The notes: generated by a model not told the origin, from the sequence alone. A DNA stretch of 64,000 nucleotides from the human T2T-CHM13v2.0 reference genome, Homo sapiens (GCF_009914755.1 NC_060931.1); one strand, 5' to 3'. Shown: positions 31,455 to 46,440, counted from the first letter of the stretch. Numbers and translations are program-made.

Positions 31455-31863
31455 TGCTACAGTTTGGATGTTGGACCCCCTCCAACTCTCTGGTTGAAAT
31501 GTGATCCCCGATGGTGGTGGGGGAGCCTAATGGGAGGTATCTGAGTCATGGAGCAGATCCCTCATGAATGGTTTGGTGCTGTCCTCGAGGTAATGAGTTC
31601 TTGCTCTACTAGTTCCTGAGAGAGCTGGTGTTAGAAAGGGCCTGGCACCTCCCTTCCCTCTCTCTCGCTTCCTCTCTCACCATGTGATTTTTATACTGGC
31701 TTCCCTTCGCCTTCCAGCAAGAGGGGAAGCAGCCTGCGGCCCTCGCCATGACACCAGCACCATGCTTTTTGTATAGCCTGAAGAACCATGAGCCAAATAA
31801 ACCTCTTTTCTTTACAAACCCAGCCTCAGGTATTCCTTTACGGCAACATCAATGGACTAAGAT
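31455..31863 (+). mobile_element. MST (MaLR) solo LTR
   Basis: tgctacagtttggatg...agaaccatgagccaaataaacctcttttc...cctcaggtattccttta...ggactaa. Confidence 0.85.
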
Positions 31864-32221
31864 GTCCAGGCAGAATGTAAGCCAAGAAAATCTAATCCCA
31901 GTATCCTTTCTAGACTACTGCCTATGAGATTCCTATCTGGAACCCTTATAACCATGGGAGTCATCATCACTTTGGTTAACATTTTCAATTTCAAAATTTA
32001 TTTTCTGAGCAAAATCACATCTCTCTAGAAATTACACAGCCAATTAAAGTTGAAAAACACATGCAAAAAATATATATAAAGAAAATGAAAATCACCTAAA
32101 ATTCAACCAACCAAAGAAAATCACTGTAAACATTTTAGCATTTTCCTTCTATTCTTTCTCCATGAATTCTGTATTAACATTTGGATTACATGGCATACAT
32201 ACTTTTGTAGCCTCTCTTGAG

Positions 32222-32525
32222 TTTTATTTTTTTTTTTTTTTTTGAGACAGAGTCTCACTCTGTCCCCGAGGCTGGAGTGCATTGGTGTGATCTTAGCTCA
32301 CTGAAACCTCCACCTCCCGGGTTCAAGTGATTCTCATGCCTCAGCCTCCTGAAGAGGTGGGATTACAGGCACACACCACCATGCCCAGATAATTTTTGTG
32401 TTTTTAGTAGAGATGAGGTTTCACCATGTTGGCCAGGCTGGTCTTGAACTCCTGGCCTCAAGTGATCCACCTGCTCGGCCTCCCAAAGTGCTGGGATTAG
32501 AGGTGTGAGCCACTGCACCCAGCCC
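32222..32525 (-). mobile_element. Alu (S-type)
   Basis: Antisense Alu consensus. Confidence 0.9.
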
Positions 32526-33545
32526 ACTTGAGCATTTTTCTATACCACTCACTAATTTTTTTTTAAATGACTGCATAAAATTCCAACACATAAAGATTTA
32601 CTATAATTTTATTTACCCATTCCCCAATTGCTGGACATGTAGTTGTTTCAACATTTTCACTTTTACAAATTAAGTTTTGATAAACAGCCATGTAACACTG
32701 TACACAAATCCTTGTCTACATCTTCATGTTTGGTCACTCTAAGGGGAGGAGAAGCAGAGCATGGCTTATAAGCAATCTATCAGATGGCACATTAGCCTGG
32801 ATGTGCCACTTTTACAAACCTGCATGCCTACTAAGAGAGCTTGCATGTCAAATTTAGCACTGTATTATACACTTTCACGGTGTCCTATAACTATTTCATG
32901 TGCAGAAGTTAACTCACACCTAGACCTTGGGCTCTATGAAGCCAGGGATTGTTGAATAAGGCAAAGCTTTTATAATTCATTCTAATTTTTATTCTTTGTT
33001 GATACTTATTCGTTTAATGATTACTCTCAATTGTGATTAGTTTTTAAATTTCTCTGTAACTTACTGCATCTGGCAAAGGAACTATTTTAGAAACCTAAGG
33101 ACTACATTTCTGGGAGGGGGACAAAGGGTAATGATGAGAGGGACACACTGGTAAAAGGGCTAGAGGACGATGATGCAGTTCTAGGCAACACTTCCCGGCT
33201 CCTGCCCCCAACCCACAGCCAATGTCATTTGCGTCTTTTTCTCTAATGCCTCTAATCCACCCACCTCCCTACCCTGCCTGCCAGCCAACACCCCCTGCTT
33301 CAGAGTTCTACCCTGGTTTCCTGTTTCTGAAATGTCATAGCTCTAAATATCCCATTTTCATAGTTCAACAAGTCAGCAGTTGGTAAAGAAAAAAATCCAC
33401 ATAATTCATATGGAGATGGAAATTAATGACAGCCCCAACCTCCAACTTTCTGTGAGTATGGGCATTTTTAAATGGGTCGCATTTCAATTCAAACAAATCT
33501 GTCTTTTGTAACCTGTCTGCCAGTTTACCAAGTAAAGAAGATTTA

Positions 33546-33773
<228 letters not shown>

Positions 33774-34489
33774 TCATCCAAAGGTTAATAGAGAATTCAT
33801 GGGGAAAAAAGAATGGAAGGAAATATGCTGAAATGTTTACAGTGATCTTCTTTGGTTGGTTGAATTTTAGGTGATGTTCACTTTATTCTTTACACATTTT
33901 TTAATGTGTTTTTCAAAATTTCTCTAATTGGCTATGTAATTTCTAGAGAGAGGCGATTTTGCTCAGAAAATAAATTTTAAAATGAAATTGAAAATGTTAA
34001 CCAAAGTGATGACTCCATAATACCATGGAAGCCGAGAAGATGAAATGCTCAAGCAGAGGGCAGCACGTCTCCCTCTATCTGCTCTCCTATGGTCTCTTCC
34101 AGTTGAATGATTTATCGCTATGATGCTATCAATAACACTGACCATTCTATCAAACAGGCTACATTTTTGTTAATTAAAAACTACTATTTGATAAATGAGG
34201 TCCTGTGATGATATGGCAACCCAGTAAGACAATTCTGCTCTGCTCTGCAAGGTCTATTGTTATACTACTACTTACTATGGGCTTGGTAAATATTTGTCTA
34301 GACTCCAGTTGAACTGAAAAGCTGCCAGATTCAGTGGCTACCCAATATAGCGATCAGTGGAAATCAGAAATTTCTCATGGCACTTCTCATTTGCATAAAA
34401 ATACAGGGTTTTAGATGGAGTGTGCACTCACACGCAAGCGCTGTCTCTCTCCCTCTCTCTCCTTCCCCTCCTCCTTTGATGTGGAGTAC

Positions 34490-34638
34490 CTGCACCACAC
34501 TGTTCCCTGCAGCTACAGTGGCCCTTCTCCACATCCGCCTTCTGGTGGAAACCTCGCTGAGCAGCTGGGCCAGCTTGCGTTCCATCTCGGCTTGAAACAC
34601 TTCATTCTGGAGTTGCTTCTCCATGACGCCCAGGAGAA
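34490..34638 (-). CDS. KIAA1549: KIAA1549 exon 8 (149 nt, phase 1-0) VLLGVMEKQLQNEV...RRRMWRRATVAAGNSVVQ
   Basis: acceptor aaatgtAG|TTCTCC, weak donor GTGCAG|gtactc; frame fits exons 7 and 9. Confidence 0.92.
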
Positions 34639-34692
34639 CTACATTTAAATGAAAACATACGTGGCACCCAAAACAAGTCAGCAGTAAAAAAA

Positions 34693-34694
<2 letters not shown>

Positions 34695-34759
<65 letters not shown>

Positions 34760-34770
34760 CGCGCGCGCAC
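34695..34770. repeat. Compound microsatellite (GT)28(GC)9
   Basis: Read directly from the sequence. Confidence 0.97.
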
Positions 34771-35919
34771 ATATGTATTTGAAATTAATGCAAGATTGCC
34801 ATAAAATGCCAATTCCTAGACAGAAAACATCAAAAGGAGAAAAAGTGATCATGAATGGGGAGAGTCCAGGAAATGCAGCCCACAAGAGCTCCAAGCTCTC
34901 AGTGTTACCCAGACTGGCGGCCAGAAGTCCCAGGAACTCAGCACTGCAGGAGCTTTGGCGCAAAGGGCGCCTACGCAAGATCAAACATTTTGTCTGCACT
35001 TATCTCAACACTTCTGGAATTGGTGTGAGTTCATTGTCTTGCCTTGAGACTTGGACTCACAAACTAACTTGAAAAAAGGAAGCCTGCCCATCTTTAGTTA
35101 TCTATTTCAGACAAGATGATCTCAACAGACAATCACTTGCCAGTGTGGTCTGGGAGGAAGGAGCATGTGCTTTTCAACCAGAACTGGTTTAAGTTTTCTT
35201 TGAGATACAACCATGGGCAAGTTACTTAATTGCTATAGAAATTATCTGGAAAAGACCGCGGATGGCACCATGCAAAGCGATAGGACCTTGACGTGGGATG
35301 CTGTGTGTTCGGCAAGGAGAACTTGCAAGATGCAGGAACCCCGTGAATGGCAACTATCACTACCCCACATGCTCTCTCGTGCCCAGCTAGTTCCTGTGCT
35401 GCATGCACACTGGACAGCTGGTGAGTACGTAAGTACTGTTCAGACTTTTGTGCACTAGGTTAGAAAGGCCTTCAACTGCAATGCCATACCTCTAAATATC
35501 TGACCCACTCCCCTAAGACAAAAAAAAAAAAAAAAAAAGCTTCCCAGGTGCCAAGCCACCCTGCTTGTCCTTATTAAACTAAACAAATAACACTTTTAGA
35601 AAAAAAAAAATAAAACAAGAGAGAGATCCTTGCTTCTAAACCTCACCCTATTCTGGGTCAGAAGATTGTCAGTTCCTGTTAGACTCTGCCCTGAACTTGA
35701 TGTATGAATTTTAAAGAAAGTCAGTCCTTTTTGTTCTATAACTCAGTGGGATATATTCCCACAGCCAAATTTGAATCCCTTTCCATTCATTCTTTGCCAA
35801 GAATGTAAGGTACATTTTGCCCTAAATTTAGGAAACAAGAAAGGCAGCATCATTCTCAATACGCCTGCATAGACTTCTTCTCCTTACAGTTCCCAAAATA
35901 TTACATAAGTTAAACATAC

Positions 35920-35979
35920 CTGTTCTGACCCAAGAGGACTTCAGCAACTGAGATAAGTTGAGCTGTGGATACTGGAAGG
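35920..35979 (-). CDS. KIAA1549: KIAA1549 exon 7 (60 nt, phase 1-1) PFQYPQLNLSQLLKSSWVRT
   Basis: acceptor ccttttgtAG|CCTTCC, donor AGAACAG|gtatgt. Confidence 0.93.
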
Positions 35980-37099
35980 CTACAAAAGGGAAAGAATTAG
36001 GGAAGGAGAAAAATATCTGTAAAAACAAAGCCATGTTTACAACAAAGTCCCAACACATCGTCTTTACTATTTAGCTCTAAATGTGAAAGAACAAAATGTC
36101 AGATTAGCGTGAGGACGTGGACAGTAGCCATTTCTGAACACATTAGTCTCAAGGAAAAAGAGAGAGATAAAAAGAAAAGAAGGGCCGCTCCAGCTATGTC
36201 ACAGGACACTGCTTCACAGAGAGGTCACCGGCAAGTTCTCCTTTGAATGTCACTGTTCCACAGCAATCCATGTTCACACCGTGCCCCTCAGAGCCCTGGC
36301 TTTCCCAGCAAGGTCTCAGGGTAAAGTGACCACATGCGTTGACCTGCCCAGGACCAGCCAGTGTGCCCCGCCGTCCGGCATCCTCATTTTAGCCATACAC
36401 ACACTGAGCACAACTGAAAGCGGCTCTTTGTAAATAACAGCTTTATCTCTGTCTACTTTCATATAGAATAACTTCTGTAAAGTTATTCTTTTTAGTTTAA
36501 TTAACAATACACTAAAATACACTACGAATCATTAGGCCATTTGGTTGTTTCATTTTGAAAAAGAATTGGAATTTTTTGGCCTGATTTCAACTCTGGAATC
36601 TACTATTTTTTTTTTTTAAATAAACGTCTCCCCTTTCCCCCACTGCCTCCATTGGCATTGTGAAGCTAGTTGCTTCAGTCAGGAAGAAAGGTTTCATGTT
36701 TTCACTTATTGTTTTTATTTTAAAATTTACACAGTAAATGTCACTCTTTTCAGTATACAGTTTTATGGGTTTTGATAAATGTGTATATATTCACATAATC
36801 ATCACCACAATGAAGATATAGAACAGTTTCACAACCCCCAAAACACTGCCTTCTGCTACCCTTTTGTAGTCAAACTTTCCTGCGGCCCTTAAGCTCTGAC
36901 AACCACAGATTCGTCCTCCCTAAATTATGCCTTTTCCAGAATTCGTGTACTTTTTGATAGCACCCCTTTACTCTCCAAATAATAAAGTCAGGCACGGTGG
37001 GTGAGCAGGGCTCTGCAGACCCATCTGGCCTGAATCCAGTTTTATCAGATTTATATTCTGGCACTCAAATCAGATATTTCATTTGAAAAAAGTGGTCCA

Positions 37100-37735
37100 G
37101 GTGAAAATACTCTGTATGATACTAAAATGGAGAATCCATGCCATTTGCATGTCATTACACATTTGTTCAAACCCACAGAATGCACGACACCCAGGGTGAA
37201 CCTTAATGTAAACTATGGGCTATGGATGATGATGCAGGTTCAACCAATGATGCAGGATCAACCAATGCAGGTTGATCACTGTAACAAATGGGCCACTGTG
37301 CTGGGGGATGCTGATAATGGAGGTTATGAATGTGCGGAAGCAGGAGGTATATGGGAAATCTGTGAACTCTCCGATCATATCTGCTGTGAATCCAAAAACT
37401 TCACTAAAAAAACTCAAGTCTTTTACTATTATTCTAAGTGAAATAATTCAGGAATGGAAAACCAAACATCGTATGTTCTCACTGATATGTGGGAGCTAAG
37501 CTATGAGGACACAAAGGCATAAGAATGATACAATGGACTTTGGAGACTTGGGGGGAAGAGTGGCGGGAGGAGGGATAAAAGACTACAAATGTGGAGCAGT
37601 GTATACTGCTCGGGTGATGGGTGCACCAGGATCTCAAAAATCACCACTAAATAACTTACTCGTGCAACCAAATACCACCTGTACCCCAACGCCTTATGGA
37701 AAAATAATTTTTAAAAAATCAAGTCTTTTAAAAAA
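37100..37735 (+). mobile_element. L1M-type 3' fragment with an inserted L1PB-type 3' end (about 37426-37715)
   Basis: L1PB tail (ggaatggaaaaccaaacatcgtatgttctcact...); TSD aaaaa(c/a)tcaagtctttta. Confidence 0.8.
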
Positions 37736-37816
37736 CTAAAAAAATTTTAAGAAGAGGTCTTCCACCAAAAATGCCCGCCATCACCTCCCCAGCATGTCCA
37801 AGAGGGCTGTACTCAC

Positions 37817-38000
37817 GCTCTGCGATCTGCAGCACTGGGTATCCCAGATAGAAACTGAACTCCACCACACTCAAGTTTCTGAGCAGCTCGCTCACTTCCG
37901 ACCCATTCAAAAATCCCTGTGTGCTTTTAACCGCAAAGATGATATTCACCGGGCCCCGCCGAGGAGTCACCCTTGAGGAACTGATGGTGATATTCAAGAT
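37817..38000 (-). CDS. KIAA1549: KIAA1549 exon 6 (184 nt, phase 0-1) ILNITISSSRVTPRR...LQIAE
   Basis: ORF 37728..37997; acceptor tctttcAG|ATCTTG, donor GCAGAGC|gtgagt. Confidence 0.95.
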
Positions 38001-39888
38001 CTGAAAGAATAAAGTCAGAATAAGCTTCTATAATAAAACATTCTGCTGAAAGCTTAACCATGATTTCTCTCTCACAGGTCCTCTCACCGATTTTTTTAAA
38101 GGAGGTAAAGTTTTTAAAGGAAACGTAACTGGCTTTCTAACCTGGTTCCCTTTTGTAAGAGTTTAACTGCTCAGTTTATGGAAAATGTTTCTTACATTAA
38201 GTGATGAACTGAGCACATGTACAGCTCCTCCCACCCCAAATGCCACTGAAATAACAATAAGCTGAACACAGGGGAATAAATCCACAACAGCACTGAGAAT
38301 GGAAGAAAACTAGAGATTCCGTCAAACCTCTGGGGGATGAAGAAAGGATGGGATTGGATTGATATAAACCAGAACAGAGAAAGCCAGAATCCAAAACATA
38401 CACAAGCATGGGCTGCAGCAGAGCCAAGGGCCACGCTCTCCAAGAGGACCAGGAGGGGCTCTGTGGCAGAGATCAGCAGGAATGAGACCAAGAGCAGGCT
38501 ACACAGTGGTAATCAGTATAATTAATTACAAGGCTGTGCCAAAGAGCTGAGTGTATTGCCTTCCTCCTCCGTCCTTCCTAACTGCCACACCCAGGCCAAC
38601 AGAGGTGCTAGCAGCAGCCAGGCCCTCACCCAGAACAAGACTGCCTCCTGAGGAAAACAAACTCCTGCCTAAGAGGACTATGGTGGGTCTGGGCCCTAAC
38701 CAAGAAGGTGGGCAGAGGCTAAGATAACTCCTGTGCACACCGAAGAAGGAAAGAAAATGAATGAAAACGCAGCTAGCTCTGCCCTGAGACACACACTAAA
38801 GTGCCCCATCCCCTAGGAAGAACCTCTTTATCTAGATGCTGGAAGGAGGGTGTTCCCTGTCTGCTTGTCTCTGACCACACACTGCACCCAGAGAGAAGCC
38901 CACGCTGACATATTCTGCCCCAGACCCAGCGCTCCGACGAATTTTCCCACCAGGAGATGGAGCTGACGTAGAAAGAGATCCCCACAGCTCAAGGGGAAAG
39001 CTGTGCCAGCTACTAAAATGAACAACTTGGTTCTTCATTCCTAACAACAAACCAACAGTCTCCAGATTTACAGAAACTAACAGCACGAAAGCAAAGCACC
39101 GAGATCAACATGCAGAGCAAGGACTGCAGAGAAAACAGGAATGACTTAGGAAACAGAAGACGCATTTTAACAATTCTAATTAACGTCCTCAGAGACTTTT
39201 AAGGTGACACTGCATCATCGCAGGAAAGCCTACAATGAAAATGGAGCAAAGAACAATGAACAAAAAGCTTAAAAATTCAGTAGAGGGATTGCATAACATA
39301 ATGGACACAGCTAAGGACTAAATTCATGACTTGGAGGACGACATTTAGTAAATCTGTAAAAACAGAGAATAAAGAGATGGAAAATATGAGGAAAAAATAA
39401 GAAACATGGAAAGTGGATCCAGGAGCACCAAAATCTATTTTAACATCCATTTTGGAAAGAGAGAGGAAAGAATGTAGAGGGAAAAAAATCAAAGAAACAT
39501 AAAAACATCAGCAGTTTCCATATGATACGTACAACACCCGTTCTTAGTAGCTATATGGAAACAACAGTATGGGTAGGCATTCCCCCATTGGATATTTAGG
39601 TTGATACCATTCCTTTCTAGGTAATTCTTGAATTTCCTGAATATGGTCATGTTTCTTCAGCTCACCATATCTGAGCTCCCTGGGTATCAGCTACTCTGCA
39701 ACCCTCAAAGATGCTCAGCCTGTGCACGCTATGCCGACCTTACGCCACAGGAATAGATCAATCCCGACTCACATAAACTGGGTTTCCGCCACTGGAGGGA
39801 ATAAGAGTTAAGCACATCTTAAACAATGTGGAACAATTTCCCCTTCAAGGGCTAAAGCCTTCTGCTCTGCATTCAGTGATATTCTCAC

Positions 39889-40019
39889 CTGCACCGTGAG
39901 GTTATACGTTCCCTGGTGGTGTTTTCTCACTTCAAAGAGAGCTGTCATTAGGCCTTTCTCAATGCGCTGGGTGAAGTTGCAGAAGCCAGTATCCACACTC
40001 GGAGGCACAAACTGAAGTA
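39889..40019 (-). CDS. KIAA1549: KIAA1549 exon 5 (131 nt, phase 1-0) VLQFVPPSVDTGFCNFTQ...YNLTVQ
   Basis: ORF 39808..40035; acceptor ttttcAG|TACTTC, donor GTGCAG|gtgaga. Confidence 0.95.
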
Positions 40020-40562
40020 CTGAAAAGAAAAGCAATCAAAGTCCCATAAATGAGGTGTTTGTGCTTCTGAAGTATTAAGGAATCAAGAGAGAGAAACATC
40101 GTATCTAAATCAACCAATTCATCCATAGTATGGGATTAAGTACTGTGATGTAACATTTCTACGTATTTTCTCACGGAAATGTAAAAGGTAACTTTGCAGT
40201 AAATGAAGACATGCAATGTGACGGTGACTGGTATCATTTTAAAATGAAAAATATCTAAGATAAGAATTTGAGTATCAAAAGACACAATGGATGGAAACAT
40301 TTCAAACATATATAAATTCATTGTAGATGAATTCTTGAATATTTATGGGTGAAATGACATGATACCTGGCATTGCTTGAAAACACTCTAGTGTCCACAAA
40401 AACGTTCACAGGGGATAGATGAAACAAAATTGGTGATGTTGATAAATTTTTTTTAAGCTTAACCATGGGTATATGTAGACTTAGTACTCTCTCTACTTTT
40501 GTAAATGTTTGAACATGTCCACAATGAAAAGTTAAATATGATATTTAGAAATTACTGTTAAC

Positions 40563-40907
<345 letters not shown>

Positions 40908-41153
40908 TTAGAGGCTATATAGGCTGAAATATGTGTGGGCGAGATGATACGATGCCTGAGATTTACTTTAAAATAGTACAAGAGGAGGGGAAGTAGATAG
41001 TAGATGGGGGTGTGGCTATAACAAGACTGGCTAGGAACGGAAAAGTGGTTGAAGACATATGAGTACACAGTGGTCTGTTAAACTATTCTACGTACTTTTG
41101 TACATGCTTGAAATTTCCCATAATTATAAACACTTTTAAAAGTTAAATAATAA

Positions 41154-41935
<782 letters not shown>

Positions 41936-42044
41936 ATCATCATCATAATAATAAATTCTAAAAATGATTTCCAATATTTTAGAAAGATAAAAAAAAAATG
42001 AAATTCTTTTTACAAATAAAAACAACTATGCTGAGCTGTCTCAC

Positions 42045-42222
42045 CTGTTTGAACTTGGAACCTGGACTCTGGCACAAGGAAAGAAGGTTTCACAGACAGG
42101 ATTAAAGGAGTCTGGTCACGGACAAGCTTACTGTTTATAAGCACATTTATGACGGATATTGCCGTGTAAACGAAAGGACCGGATGTTACCAGAAAAGTGA
42201 AGTCAGTAAATAGTTCGTAAAC
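42045..42222 (-). CDS. KIAA1549: KIAA1549 exon 4 (178 nt, phase 0-1) VYELFTDFTFLVTSGPF...SRFQVQT
   Basis: acceptor ttccctAG|GTTTACG, donor CAAACAG|gtgaga; open frame. Confidence 0.94.
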
Positions 42223-42522
42223 CTAGGGAAATAAGAAATACAAAGACAATTCAAACTTAAAGGAAGTTGTGTTACACAGAAAAATAAAAAATTATAAACT
42301 AAAAAAACTGGTAGTTTTGAATGAAGGGGTAGTGCATCACGGATAATCAAAATTTTATTTTAGTTACTGCTTTTACTCTCTGCCAACCTTTGCAAAAACA
42401 ACACAAAATTATAAGAGCAGCAAGAAAGAACAGTCAGAAATATGAACTGAATAATGAGTTATAGGGCATTCAAGCTGTTTGTTGTATTTAAAACACATAG
42501 ACAAGAGTACTTATCCTATTGA

Positions 42523-42830
42523 GCAGCACTGTCCAAAATAAATATGCAATTTAAAAATTTCTAGTGGCCACATTAAAAAACATAAGAACAGGTGAAATTA
42601 ATTTTAAATACATTTTATTTAATATATCTAAAATATCATTTCAACATGAAGTCAATACAAAACACTATTAATGAGATATTCTACCCTCCTTTTTTCACTG
42701 CATTTTTCAAGTCTGGTATGTATTTTCCACCCACAGCCCATCTCCGTTTGGACGAGCCCCATTTCACTGCTGTATCGCCATGCGTGGGGCGCGGTTCTGG
42801 TTCCGGATGGCTCTGCTCTAGATGGACTGT
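42523..42830. mobile_element. MER3/MER33-like DNA transposon remnant
   Basis: cagcactgtccaa...aatttaaaaatttctagtggccacattaaaaaa. Confidence 0.65.
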
Positions 42831-43270
42831 GGCTTTCTAGGATCATTCAGTCTAAAAGATTTGGATCTCCATCTCTATCCTACCAAATGTCCAGAAAGAT
42901 GCACCTGTACTCACTCTAACGTCTAATTTAAACACGAATCCAAGTCCTTTCATGTGAATCAAGGGAAGTAAAATCACGAAGGCTGTCACCCCAGACTGCT
43001 GCCTCTGGTCTGAGAGCCCTTTGTTCCAACTCTGCCAACACATCCCCTAAAGGACTAACCCTGACCTCATGTGGGATCAGGAAAGACCTCCTCGATGCAG
43101 TGACGGTGGAATGGAGATCCAGAGGATGAGCAGGACTTAACCAGGAACAGACAAGAGGGAAGAGATGAAATAGAATGATTCCATGGCCATAATCACCTGC
43201 CTCTAACCTGGGGCTCTCACATCAGCCCCAGTCTCACCAGACATCACACTCCTGAGCCACCAGGACTCAC

Positions 43271-43359
43271 CTTCAGTTCCACTGCACGGTTGAAGTGAAT
43301 CCTCAGTACTTCTTTGATTGCTGTAATGATGTACTCCTGCACAGCTCTTCTGGCCAGCA
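43271..43359 (-). CDS. KIAA1549: KIAA1549 exon 3 (89 nt, phase 1-0) VLARRAVQEYIITAIKEVLRIHFNRAVELK
   Basis: acceptor ttcatttgcAG|TGCTGGCC, donor CTGAAG|gtgagt; in frame with exons 2 and 4. Confidence 0.94.
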
Positions 43360-43750
43360 CTGCAAATGAAAGCAAACCACCAAATGCCTTTTCATGTCAT
43401 TATGAATAACAAACACACCAGACTTCTGGACCCCAGCACTGTGCCAAAATGTGTTAGCAGTTCCAAAAGTCTTTTTGTAAAATAAAGGCCAGACCAAGAC
43501 AGAACAGGGGTTAAGGATCTAGTTGCTGCTAACTACCTGGAGAAGAACAGCAGTGGGGACCTTGAAGACACCAGGTCAACTCTGCATAGCATCAGCTCAA
43601 CACACTAAGAAAACCCTCTTTGCCCCAGATAGGTTAGATCAGGAATCAGCAGTGATGACCCAGCCAGGGGACAAGGAGCTTCCAGTTCTCATTTTCACCT
43701 GGACAAATTCCAGGCTGTCTCTCGGCTATGTCCCTGACAACAAAACATGA

Positions 43751-44072
<322 letters not shown>

Positions 44073-44734
44073 AGAAGTAACATTTTTAAAGGCCTTAAGA
44101 TGTTACTCAACAAAACCAGATGACATCTTCCTCTGTAAAATGAGGTCTCCTACCCCAATGTTTCAAGGCAAAGGTGAAGAGTTTTTACCACTAATCATGG
44201 GGAAAAACGAATTCCACAATTCCCACATATTAAAATTTTATGTAGGAAATAAAATATTTCTCATAACCAAAGCCTAGTTCTGTTTGACTGTTTTCATATT
44301 TTAAAAGTTCCATTTAAAAATCTATACTAATAAGTAAGCCTGTCTCTCAGTATTTAGTAAGCGTGTTCTTCTTTTTCCTATTTTTTCTCTCCTCTTCCAT
44401 CAACTTCCCATAATGCAGAATTAGAATACACTTGATATTATCATTGTTTTCCATTTCCTGATTTTAATTTTTTAAAGTAGAGACAGAATCACTCTGTATT
44501 CTTCATTCTTTAAAACAAAAATGTTTAATTTATATTTGATTGTTTTTTTCTAGGAATCAGTGATCTGAAGTTTTTTTAAAGGTGAGTGGAGGCTCCTTTA
44601 TTAGTTTATGAGACCACTGGAACAAATCCACAGCCCCAACCACCTTGCTGAGTCACACCAGCAGCCAACTCCGCATGGCCCACATAGGCTCCAAGTGGGT
44701 TGGACTATGCTATAGATCTGAAAGGGAAAGATAA

Positions 44735-44962
44735 AATGAGGAGGAAGGAAAGGGGGAAGAGTGGCAAGAAGGAAAGATGCCTTATTTAAGGAAGGAAATG
44801 AAGAGGGAGGGAGAAATGAGGAAAGAGGGAGACAGGAGGGAGGAGGGAGACAGGAAGGAGGAGGGGACAGAAAAGGAGGAGGGAGGGAGAGGAGGGAGAA
44901 GGAAAGAAGGAAGGAAGGAAGAAAGGAAGGGAGGAAGGCAGGGAGGGAGGGAGGGAGGCAAG
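44735..44962. repeat. GA-rich polypurine / polypyrimidine tract
   Basis: (GGAA)n/(GGAG)n-like, about 230 nt. Confidence 0.9.
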
Positions 44963-46360
44963 AGCTAAACTCGGGGGAAACAGAGGCAGAATGGGAAGTC
45001 AGAAACAGAAAATCCCTAAATAGGAAAGCAGGAAGAACACATTGTAAGCAGCCCCACACAGCTAAAGACATCATCGGTCTAAATGCCACTCTGCAAAGTC
45101 CCCACAGCCACCACCATGACCTCCACTTTCTCCAGAGAATCTGAGAAAGCTATAAAACTGCAACATTAGGATATGAGGACACCAGTCTTTGGGAAAAGGG
45201 ATCATCAGCAAACAAATATCTTACAGATCTTTTCCTAAATGAATGTTTCCCAGAGCTAAGAGAAGAGAGGTGACAGAGACTTCCAGAGGCAGCACAGGGT
45301 CAGAAAGGCCCTGGGTGGAAGCGCGGCTCATGCCTCCCAGGGCGCGTGCAGGCAAGTGCTTCCTCCGCCATCGCAGACCCCCAGCACCCAGAGTGGCTCC
45401 GCTTCATCATCACAGAGCACACAGGAAGAATCCTTTCAGGGGTACGCGGAGTCACCTCAACCCCCTCACCACACTCTCTCACTAACGGACAACCATGAAA
45501 AGGACAGCAAGGTCCAACCTAAGCAAAGGTAAGAAATGAGCCGATACTTCCTCTGGGTCAAAGGTATCACCAGGAACAAAAATGGCACTTATCTCCGCTA
45601 AAAGACACAATTTAACAGCATGGACACTCACACACAACTCTGGACATTTACAAAAACTGTTCAAGTGTACTTAACAATGGCTGAATTTTACTCCAAAGAG
45701 CTGTTAAAAATACATGGATACCTAATACAGGCACCAAATGTCATTAAGTGTACACCACATATGAAAGTTAAATCCAGCTATGAGGACTCCTAAAGAAGCT
45801 TTCAGTGACTCTTTAAATAAGCTGCTTACAACTGACCACTTTGTAACAATTTTGTACCTACTTTGTAATAATTTTGTAAGAAGGAAGAAAAGTATCATGA
45901 GCATGAGAAACTCTTTTCCCTCCTCCCTGGACTGCTCTAATCTTCAGATTCAAGTTCATGATGTTGCTCCAACCACATTTCCAAGCATAATTACCTGCTC
46001 CTCCCATCACAATGCCTAATCTCCAGCCATGATGACAGTCTCCTCCCCCAGAAGACACTTTCTCTTCATCCCCAGATGACAATTCTACTTTTCCTTTTGT
46101 GGGAATCCCCAATTTCACATTCTTCCAAACCCGTCTCTGATTATCCCAAATAGCCACTCTTGGAGAATTCCACAGTCACTGCTATTACTCTGTGGTTCAG
46201 TACCACCCTCTAGGCCCTGAGCTGCTCACAGGAGGGCCGTGTCTTACCCATCTGTATATCCCTAGAAGCTTCCAGAAGCACCTCACACATACTAGGTGCT
46301 CAATCATTACTTGCCATGTGGAATAACGAATGTTTCCCTTTGGCGTGTGGGGAGCAAAGG

Positions 46361-46440
46361 CTGTCCTGGACTCATTCTCCAAAGCCATTCCCACAGGTAG
46401 GGTGTTGATCACTGACGTGTACCTGCCATCAGGATCCTCG
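46361..46440 (+). repeat. Intronic inverted copy of exon-2 coding sequence (partner 47978-48057)
   Basis: 75/80 nt identical to the reverse complement of 47978-48057; the ORF track shows the shared peptide EDPDGRY(A/T)SVINT(V/L)PVGMALE on opposite strands. Confidence 0.95.

Noticed and set aside
34364-34999. 211-aa minus-strand ORF with ARARTHTHTH
   Set aside because: Real exon 8 plus read-through of the GT/GC microsatellite, which has no stop codons; not a separate gene
44601-45144. ORFs of 127-162 aa on both strands
   Set aside because: Translations of the GA-rich low-complexity tract
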